From positions 1 through 15,782 of IMG/VR virus record IMGVR_UViG_3300045988_141452: a stretch of 15,782 bases of DNA; one strand, written 5' to 3'. The notes under the pieces are model-generated. The model had not been told where the DNA came from and did not search any database. It worked only from the letters and a program-made list of their open reading frames with translations. Source of the DNA: a virus. How positions within the stretch are numbered: position 1 is the stretch's first letter; every line of letters starts with the position of its first letter. Positions 8,419-15,782 of this stretch are shown here, one piece after another. A program made the translations under genes and the position numbers.

Positions 8419-8745
8419 ATGACTGAAAAAGAATTTGAAAAAATCACAAAGTCAATTCAAGATAAACTTGGAAAAGAAAACACAAGTTTAATTGCAGATG
8501 ACCTTGGAAAATTAATCACAGACAATACAACAATGAATAAAGATATAAAGGGGCGTGATGAAAGAATTTCAAAATTAGAACAAGACAAGGAAGCATTAAT
8601 TACTTCAAACGGAAATTTACTACAGCAAGTTGCAATGGGTGATGAAGGTGGACTTATAAATAAAAATGAACCAAAAGAAGATGAACCACCAAAACCATTT
8701 GATTATAGAAGTGTTTTTGATGAAAAAGGAAATTTTAAAAGATAA
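8419..8745 (+). CDS. Putative scaffolding protein (phi29 gp7-like)
   Basis: 108 aa, coiled-coil-like charged sequence immediately upstream of the major capsid gene. Confidence 0.6.
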   Translation: MTEKEFEKITKSIQDKLGKENTSLIADDLGKLITDNTTMNKDIKGRDERISKLEQDKEALITSNGNLLQQVAMGDEGGLINKNEPKEDEPPKPFDYRSVFDEKGNFKR

Positions 8746-8746
8746 G

Positions 8747-8775
8747 TTGACAAAAATTTGTTTTTGTTATATTAT
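8747..8775 (+). promoter_or_regulatory. Capsid promoter
   Basis: TTGACA (8747-8752), 17-nt spacer, TATTAT (8770-8775), between scaffold stop and capsid RBS. Confidence 0.75.
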
Positions 8776-8816
8776 TTAAGTATCAAATATTTTATTTTGA
8801 AAGGAGATTTTTAAAA

Positions 8817-10139
8817 ATGGCAATTCCAGAAGGTTTAAGGACTTCCCTTAATTCAATAAGAGAAACAAGTATTCAGAACAATACACTTTATCACAGATAT
8901 GTGCCTGAAATTCTTCCAACAAGTGACATAGGAAGTTTTGCAAGTCCTATTCTTGATAATCCTAATGTTATGAATGAATTCATGAATGTTTTAGTTCAAA
9001 GAATAGTTTATACGCAAGTTGATATAAAACTATTCAATAACCCTTTAAGAGTTCTTGAAGGTGATAGAATTCCACTAGGTTCTATTGGTCAAGAAATCTT
9101 TATTAATCCTGCAAGGGGTAGAAGATTTAATGTTGACGATTTTGCAGGATTACTTGCAAAATATGAAGCCGACATTAAAGTTCAATATCATCATTTAAAT
9201 AGTGACCTTCAATATTGTGTAACAATAACAAGAGCAAAACTAAAAGACGCATTTGTTTCTTGGTCTACATTGGAAAACTTTATTGACGGATTAACACAAA
9301 GTTTATATAATGGTGCATATATTGATCAATATAACATGACAAAAGGACTTGTTTCAAGTGCATATGCTTCAAATCAAGTTCGTGTTGAAGTTATATCTAA
9401 TCCAAACACAGAAGCTTTAGCAAAAGAATTTATTACAAAAGCAAGAACAATGTTCTTAAATATGCAAACACCTACACCAAACTTTAATGCATGGCGTCAA
9501 GTTGGTGGTTATGGCCGTGACATATTAACATGGTCAAATCCAGAAGATATTGTTTTCCTAGTTCGTAATGATATAGGTGCATATTTAGACGTTAACGTTT
9601 TAGCACAAACATTTAATATTGATAGAAGTGTACTTTTAGGCAATATTATATATATAAATGACTTTAACGAATATGACAATGAAGGAAATTTAATATTTGA
9701 CGGTTCAAATATTGTTGGAATGATAGCAGACAAATCATGGTTTAGAATAAAAGAACAAGAAACAACAATGGACGAATTCTATAATGCTAATAACAGAACA
9801 TGGCAATATTATTTAAATGTTGTTAGAATGTATAGTTATTCATTATTTGCAAATGCCGTTGTTTTTGCGACTGCACTTCCTTCTGTTCCTGTTACTGAAA
9901 TGAGTTTTGAAGAAACTGCACCTGAAGTTGCAGTTGATGGAAAAGTTATATTAAAGCTTGCAACAACACCTGCACAAACTACAAGTGAAATTACATTTAC
10001 AAGTGGAACTGCAGCAAATGCAACTGTTAGAAAAATAGATAATAAAACAGTTGAAGTTACTGGTGTAAAAGCTGGAACTTCTGTTATAACTGCAAAATCT
10101 GGAAATATAACAGGAACTGTTACTGTAACAGTAAAATAA
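8817..10139 (+). CDS. Major capsid protein (phi29 gp8-like) with C-terminal BIG2/Ig-like domain
   Basis: 440 aa; typical picovirus capsid sequence, then MSFEETAPEVAVDGKVILKLATTPAQTTSEITFTSGTAANATVRKIDNKTVEVTGVKAGTSVITAKSGNITGTVTVTV. AAAGGAG upstream. Confidence 0.9.
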   Translation: MAIPEGLRTSLNSIRETSIQNNTLYHRYVPEILPTSDIGSFASPILDNPNVMNEFMNVLVQRIVYTQVDIKLFNNPLRVLEGDRIPLGSIGQEIFINPARGRRFNVDDFAGLLAKYEADIKVQYHHLNSDLQYCVTITRAKLKDAFVSWSTLENFIDGLTQSLYNGAYIDQYNMTKGLVSSAYASNQVRVEVISNPNTEALAKEFITKARTMFLNMQTPTPNFNAWRQVGGYGRDILTWSNPEDIVFLVRNDIGAYLDVNVLAQTFNIDRSVLLGNIIYINDFNEYDNEGNLIFDGSNIVGMIADKSWFRIKEQETTMDEFYNANNRTWQYYLNVVRMYSYSLFANAVVFATALPSVPVTEMSFEETAPEVAVDGKVILKLATTPAQTTSEITFTSGTAANATVRKIDNKTVEVTGVKAGTSVITAKSGNITGTVTVTVK

Positions 10140-10157
10140 TTTTATATTTTACCCGTC

Positions 10158-10196
10158 AAAGGGAAGGAATGAAAAACTTCCTTCCCCTTATTTTTA
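10158..10196 (+). terminator. Rho-independent terminator downstream of the capsid gene
   Basis: GGGAAGGAA (10161-10169) / TTCCTTCCC (10078+100 = 10178-10186) stem, 8-nt loop, then CTTATTTTTAT. Confidence 0.85.
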
Positions 10197-10215
10197 TAGA
10201 AAGGAGAAATTACAA

Positions 10216-11881
10216 ATGGCAATTTCACCACAAACTGATATACGTTTAATAAAATGCCCCTTAACATTAAGTAATAAAAACCAAATTACATTTTCAAATT
10301 TACAATCACAAGAACAATACTTTTTATCACTTCCATACACAGAAGATACAAATGCAAGTTATCAGCGAAAAGACAATGTAATTCGTTTTAATAGACATAT
10401 TGATAACATTATAACTTATGATTATTGTATGTATAAAAATGAAAATTATAGTAATAAATGGTTTTATGCATTTATTACAGGAATGCGTTATATAAATGAT
10501 AATTTAACGGAAATTTCAATTGCTACTGACGCTTTTCAAACTTGGCAATTTGATTTAATTTATAAACAAAGCTTCATAGAACGTGAAATTGTACCTACTG
10601 CAGATGATACACCAGGAAATAATTTAATTCCCGAAGGTTTAGAATTTGGAGAATTAAAAGTTGAAGGAACTGCCGAATTTGACGATTTAGAACCTGCCTA
10701 TGTTGTAGCATATACAGGTGACAGTTATCAAGTTGGAAATGATGAACCAGTTTCAGTTGCACAAAATGGTTATAATTATAACGGAATTTATTCGTCTGTT
10801 ACATTTGCAGTTGCTAATGATTACGGATTTCCAGTTTTAATGAAAATTATGAATCAAAATGCAAATAGCGACAAAGTTTTAACTGTGTTTACCATTCCAA
10901 AACTTGCTATAAAAAGTTTATTACCTGTTGATGAACCACGGAACACATACTTATTTTTTTAAATTTTTACAAGAAAATTTTACAGAATCACCAATTATAA
11001 AAACTTTACTTGCAAGAAGTAATTCGCTTGACGGCTACACACCACGAAATAAAAAGTTGCTTCAATACCCTTATATATATTTAGGATTTAATCCACAAAA
11101 TGGAACAAAAAAAGTATTTAGATATGAAGATTTTGCAAATGCTACACCTTCATTTAAAATAATGAGTGAAATAAATCCAAATCCAACTGTTCAATTTATA
11201 CCCCAAAATTATAGAGGTGCAAATGGTGATAGTTTATCTGATAACGTTTCACTTAATGGTTACCCTACAATTTCATTTAAAACAGATACATTCAATGTAT
11301 GGTTAGCACAAAACAATGATATTATTTCCTTACAAATGCAACAAGAAAATTACAATTATAACATTGACGCAATAAAAGGTGGCATGGGAATGCTAGGAGA
11401 TATGGGAAAAATGCTTTCAGGTGATTATGGGTCGATCGGTTCTGGTTTTAGTGGGTTTATTGATAAAAGCATTGAACTTATGCGTTCAGATAAAAATCAT
11501 GAATTTTATATAAAAAATCAAATGGCACAAATAGAAAAACAAGCAATGCTTCCTGATAATGCTTCACTTTCATCTTCAAATTCCACTTTACTTGGTTATA
11601 ATATGTTTGACAAAAATATATTTACACGTTATACAATAAAAAGAGAATTTGCAGAACGTCTTGACAAATATTTTGACATGTACGGTTACACAATAAATGA
11701 ATTAAAAAATATAAATATTAATTCAAGACCAAATTGGAACTATATAAAAACACAAGGTGCAAATATTCTTGGAGATATTCCACAATATGATTTACAAACT
11801 ATTAAAGAAATGTTTGACAATGGAATCACTTTTTGGCATAATCCTGAAACATTTCTTGACTATTCACAAAATAACAGATAA
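10216..11881 (+). CDS. Tail knob / distal tube protein, phi29 gp9-like; full length only with a +1 shift at CGG 10939-10941
   Basis: ORFs 10216..10962 and 10928..11881 join as ...KSLLPVDEP[C]GTHTYFFKFLQENFTESPIIK... N-terminus (NKWFYAFITGMRYI, DAFQTWQFDLIYKQSFIEREIV) and C-terminus (IKEMFDNGITFWHNPETFLDYSQNNR) both resemble gp9. 1666 nt minus 1 = 555 codons. Confidence 0.9.
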
Positions 11882-11898
11882 GAAAGGAGAAAATAAAA

Positions 11899-12897
11899 AT
11901 GGGAAAACGTAAAAATTTTATGCGTCACAATTATCAATTTGTTGATAATTTACTTGTAAATGACGCAACATATATTGATTATTTAGAAAGATTCAAAAAA
12001 GTTGCACTTTCTGTTTTTGAATGGGTGAACCTTCCAAAATCAATGAATGCAATCTGGCTTGAAAAATGTTTGTACTATAATGGTCAAGCAAGTCTTCTTA
12101 AAGATAAACGTTTTGGGTTTATTAATACAAATTGCTGCACAAATGGGGATTTAAACATTTACGGACTTCCAGTAAATTTTAAATGTTATTCATTTGTTTA
12201 TTCTTCAAATAGAAAACTATACACAGGACTTATTGAAGGCTTGACAGAAGCACAAAAAGAACAACGTGAATTTTACGAATGTATTCTTGTTCAAAACAAT
12301 TGGGACAGAACACCAACTGCAGGTTCAATGGAACTTTTCGCACTTCGCCTTTATGAAGCAGAACGCACGGCAGATACGAACATTAAGGCGCAAAAAACAC
12401 CTGTACTTTTATTGGTAGATGAAACACAACGTTTAACAATGGAAAATATGTATTCACAATATGACGGAAATAAACCTTTTATTTTTGGAGATAAGAAAAA
12501 CTTAAATCCAGACAGTTTACGTTCAATTAAAACAGACGCACCTTTTATTGCAGATAAAATTATTGATTATAAAAAGGAAATTTGGAATGAAGCATTGACC
12601 TTTTTAGGAATTAATAATATAATGGTAGATAAGAAAGAACGTTTAATTACTGATGAAGCAAATTCAAATAACGAACTTATAAATTTAAATTTACAAAGTT
12701 ATCTTGCACCACGTCAAGAAGCATGTAGACAATTCAATGAAAAATTTGGTTTAACAGGTACAAACAAAGAAATTTCAGTTCGTGTTAGAAGTGACTTACA
12801 CAATATTATAAAAAATGCACAAAGTATTGTAAATGATTATAAAAAACTTGATGAAATAGATAATTCAATAAACTATGAAGGGCAGGTGAAAGACTAA
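11899..12897 (+). CDS. Connector / upper collar (portal) protein, phi29 gp10-like
   Basis: 332 aa; order between tail knob and lower collar, portal-like sequence (WVNLPKSMNAIWLEKCLYYNGQASLLKDKRFGF). Confidence 0.85.
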   Translation: MGKRKNFMRHNYQFVDNLLVNDATYIDYLERFKKVALSVFEWVNLPKSMNAIWLEKCLYYNGQASLLKDKRFGFINTNCCTNGDLNIYGLPVNFKCYSFVYSSNRKLYTGLIEGLTEAQKEQREFYECILVQNNWDRTPTAGSMELFALRLYEAERTADTNIKAQKTPVLLLVDETQRLTMENMYSQYDGNKPFIFGDKKNLNPDSLRSIKTDAPFIADKIIDYKKEIWNEALTFLGINNIMVDKKERLITDEANSNNELINLNLQSYLAPRQEACRQFNEKFGLTGTNKEISVRVRSDLHNIIKNAQSIVNDYKKLDEIDNSINYEGQVKD

Positions 12898-13583
12898 TGG
12901 CAACATATACAGTTGAACTGCGCAAATTATGCGATTTATATGGCCGTGAAGAAATAGAAAATTGGTTCAAAGATTATAATATTTCAAATTATTTAACACC
13001 TTCACAAATTGAACAAATTGAAAAATTTGGTGTGTGGTCAAAAGACCGCCTTGCAGAAAAAATTGTTGACCATTACTATATGCGTGAAATAGGTTTTGAA
13101 ACACCTGCCTTATTTAAACATTATGCAAAAGTTACTATGCAAGAAATAATGGAAAGGCAATTTCCAAAAATTTATTCTAATTTTTTAGAATATGATCCAC
13201 TTTCAAACGTAGATTTTACGGAAACATATACACGTGAAATTGCAGGTTCAAGTGAAGGAAAATCAAATTCCACTTCACAAAATAATGCAAGTGGTTTAAA
13301 TATAAATAACGATACACCACAAACAAGAATTACAAAACAAGATTTAAACACAGGCGCTTATGCAAGTCAAGTAAATCAAAGCGATACTTCAAGCAATATT
13401 CAAGATGAAACAAATGCAGAAAGTTCTTCAAATACAATAGAAAAATTTACTAGACATGAAGAAGGCGACAATGGTGTTATTATCACAAACCAACGTTTAG
13501 TAAAAGAATTTAGAGAAATAATAGTTGCTATTGATGAAGAAATAATTAATGAACTTTCAAAATTGTTTATGGGTATTTATTAG
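12897..13583 (+). CDS. Lower collar protein, phi29 gp11-like
   Basis: 228 aa, TAATG overlap with the portal gene, synteny, Ser/Asn-rich central linker. Confidence 0.75.
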   Translation: MATYTVELRKLCDLYGREEIENWFKDYNISNYLTPSQIEQIEKFGVWSKDRLAEKIVDHYYMREIGFETPALFKHYAKVTMQEIMERQFPKIYSNFLEYDPLSNVDFTETYTREIAGSSEGKSNSTSQNNASGLNINNDTPQTRITKQDLNTGAYASQVNQSDTSSNIQDETNAESSSNTIEKFTRHEEGDNGVIITNQRLVKEFREIIVAIDEEIINELSKLFMGIY

Positions 13584-13599
13584 AAAGGAGATTTTTAAA

Positions 13600-15717
13600 A
13601 TGAGTAATTTAAATTTAATAAAACCTAAATCTGTTCAAAATATAATTAATAAATTTTGTTATACAATTGGTATGATACCAACTTCTTATAAAATATCACT
13701 TACTTATGAAGAACAAATTCTTGCAATTGGGCAATATTTAGAAGAAACAGTAATTCCTGCTTTAAATAATAATGCAGAAGCAGTTGCAGAACTTCAAACA
13801 TTATTTGTTCAATTAAAAGACTATGTTGAAAATTATTTTGATAATTTAGACGTACAAAATGAAATAAATCATAAATTAGATGAAATGGCTCAAAGTGGTG
13901 AACTTGATATTATTATTGGAAATTTTTTAAAAATAAATAGTTTACTTGTTTTTAATAACATTGAAGATTTAAAATTAAGTAATAATTTAATTGAAGGAAG
14001 TGTGGTTGAAACACTTGGTTATTATTCAATTAATGACGGTGGAAAAGCAAAATATAAAATAGTAAATGATAATACTTTAAACACAGATGACAGCTTTGTA
14101 ATTTTACTTAATTCAGGACTTAAAGCTGTTTTACAATTTAACGACAAAGTTAATATTCGCTCACTAGGTGCAAGAAGTCAAAATATTAATAATGAAAAAT
14201 TTGATATAAAACCTTATATTGAAAAATATCTTCAAAAACTTGATGAACTTCAAAATAAATTTACACTTTATTTTCCAAGTGGGGTTTGGTATTGTTCAGC
14301 TTTAAATATAATAAATCATTATGGATTTTGTTTCGAAGGTGCACAACCTTCTTGGCAAGGTTACGCAAGCGGTGGGACAACTATAAGTTCTTATGAAAAT
14401 AATCAACCTTATATTTTTAAAATAGGAAGTTCAAATCAAATGGTAAATAACTTTTCATTTAAAAATATAACACTTTCTTCAGGCGATTTTCTATATTTTG
14501 AAAATGAAAATAATTTCAGAATTCCAGACGCTAACACAAAAAGAATTCAAACTGCTCTTGAATTATACTATGCAGGTTTTGGAATTTTTGAAAATCTTGC
14601 ATTTAATCATATTGTCGGAGAAGTAATGGGAATGACTTCATCTTGGGAATTTAGATTTGATAAATTATTTGTAAGTAATTGTTCAAATATTAATGGTGCA
14701 TTAATTCATTTTAGACCAATCGACACTTCATTAAATGAAAATGCAAATATTTCAAATGTTGAAATATTGGAACTTAATGTTGAAGCAATAAACGGAAATA
14801 TTATTCAAACAGATTTGGGCTGTAATTTAATCGACACAGTTATCAATAATTTTCATTTTGAACCTTTTACTTGTAATTTAGAAGATATTACACAACACGA
14901 ACTTAATGACGGACAATTTGACGCAAATAACGTAAAACATTTATCACTTATAGATTTTAAGGGTGACGGAAAAATCACAATAAATAATATATTTTTAAAT
15001 AATATTGCTTATAGATATTTGAAACTAAATAATAACCAATATATTTATGACACTATTTTAAACATTACAAATTCTTCAATTTATGCTGAAATAGTTGCAC
15101 AAATTGGAAATATTATGATACAAGGAATGAATAGAACTTTGAACATAGTACTACAAGAAACTTTTGAAAATACTTGTAAGAATTCTTCTGTCATTTCACT
15201 TGATAATATATCAAATACTACACCTTACAATTGTATTTTTAATGTAAAAAATTTTCCAACTATATTGAATAAAGCTATTTTAAGAAATACAAGAAATTTA
15301 ATGCTAGACAATTCAAACAATGAATTTAATGCTTTTTGTAAATATACACGAAACGCTGATAATACAACAAGAAGATATTTGAATTATGACCCTGACGTTA
15401 TAAATAATGATTGGTTATGTGTAAAACCAAACACAACTGCCACAGGTATTTTTGCAAATACTTCAATGAAAGGAAATAAAATATTTATACGTGCAAAAGT
15501 TGAAAATGGTAAGACCTACAAATTGACAATTTCAAACTTAAATTATAGCCGTGTATTAAATTTTGACCTTGAAGGAACAGGACAATATAAACTATATGAA
15601 TTAGATATGACACCAATTAGTGCGTTCTTAAAAGATGACCCACGAATTATTCTATATTCAGCTTTAGGAAACACAGAAGACATTGACGTGTCATTAGATT
15701 ACTTCTTTTTTGAATAG
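13600..15717 (+). CDS. Tail spike / receptor-binding protein with predicted beta-helix
   Basis: ATG at 13600 with AGAAAGGAG upstream (705 aa). The track start at 13549 overlaps the lower collar. Contains VNIRSLGARSQNINNEKFDIKPYIEKYL followed by beta-helix-like Asn/Ile repeats (NFSFKNITLSS..., FENLAFNHIVGE...). Confidence 0.8.
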   Translation: MSNLNLIKPKSVQNIINKFCYTIGMIPTSYKISLTYEEQILAIGQYLEETVIPALNNNAEAVAELQTLFVQLKDYVENYFDNLDVQNEINHKLDEMAQSGELDIIIGNFLKINSLLVFNNIEDLKLSNNLIEGSVVETLGYYSINDGGKAKYKIVNDNTLNTDDSFVILLNSGLKAVLQFNDKVNIRSLGARSQNINNEKFDIKPYIEKYLQKLDELQNKFTLYFPSGVWYCSALNIINHYGFCFEGAQPSWQGYASGGTTISSYENNQPYIFKIGSSNQMVNNFSFKNITLSSGDFLYFENENNFRIPDANTKRIQTALELYYAGFGIFENLAFNHIVGEVMGMTSSWEFRFDKLFVSNCSNINGALIHFRPIDTSLNENANISNVEILELNVEAINGNIIQTDLGCNLIDTVINNFHFEPFTCNLEDITQHELNDGQFDANNVKHLSLIDFKGDGKITINNIFLNNIAYRYLKLNNNQYIYDTILNITNSSIYAEIVAQIGNIMIQGMNRTLNIVLQETFENTCKNSSVISLDNISNTTPYNCIFNVKNFPTILNKAILRNTRNLMLDNSNNEFNAFCKYTRNADNTTRRYLNYDPDVINNDWLCVKPNTTATGIFANTSMKGNKIFIRAKVENGKTYKLTISNLNYSRVLNFDLEGTGQYKLYELDMTPISAFLKDDPRIILYSALGNTEDIDVSLDYFFFE

Positions 15718-15733
15718 CGTTCCACGTGAAACA
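15718..15733 (+). promoter_or_regulatory. parS-like palindromic site
   Basis: CGTTCCACGTGAAACA; 15 of 16 positions match the Firmicutes parS consensus TGTTNCACGTGAAACA. Confidence 0.5.
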
Positions 15734-15757
15734 AAACAGAATAAAGTTCCCTGAACA

Positions 15758-15782
15758 TTTGAAAATCAAAAAATTAAACATA
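15758..15782 (-). repeat. Right copy of the 25-nt inverted repeat, at the window edge
   Basis: TTTGAAAATCAAAAAATTAAACATA is the exact reverse complement of 52..76. Confidence 0.8.

Noticed and set aside
9509-9733. Minus-strand ORF 9509..9733
   Set aside because: Antisense to the major capsid gene.
306-10941. Frameshifts as sequencing or assembly errors
   Set aside because: All ten occur at the same triplet, the same direction (+1) and not in homopolymers, on both strands. Genes without in-frame CGG are intact. Raw reads should still be checked.
1-15782. CRISPR array, tRNA or integrase genes
   Set aside because: No spaced direct repeats, cloverleaf sequence or recombinase motif seen. In particular, I found no candidate tRNA here that could explain CGG decoding, so it would have to come from the host or from outside the window.

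Overview
The window is a near-complete genome of a small, AT-rich, protein-primed, phi29-like podovirus (picovirus type). It reads as a leftward packaging ATPase, then rightward early small ORFs, a putative ssDNA-binding protein, terminal protein, family B DNA polymerase, holin, GH25/CW_7 endolysin, M23 peptidase, putative scaffold, major capsid (phi29 fold plus a C-terminal Ig-like extension), gp9-like tail knob, connector, lower collar and tail spike. The main observation is that four genes look broken by +1 frameshifts (ATPase 5 times, DNA polymerase 3 times, tail knob once, one early gene once). All ten breaks occur exactly at an in-frame CGG followed by A or T. Skipping one nucleotide there (NNN [C] GGW) restores full-length proteins with intact motifs. 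In a manual scan every other CGG in the predicted genes is out of frame, so no uninterrupted gene uses CGG as a normal triplet. From remembered phi29 sequences, several of these positions align with conserved glycines. This suggests systematic +1 recoding, for example CGGA/CGGT read as a four-base glycine codon, or obligatory frameshifting at an unassigned CGG. Other observations are a 25-nt exact inverted repeat linking the two window ends (likely terminal inverted repeat), a parS-like site next to the right end, a structured leader upstream of the ATPase that might be a pRNA analogue, and several well-formed sigma-A-type promoters. All comparisons to known proteins are from memory; no search was run.
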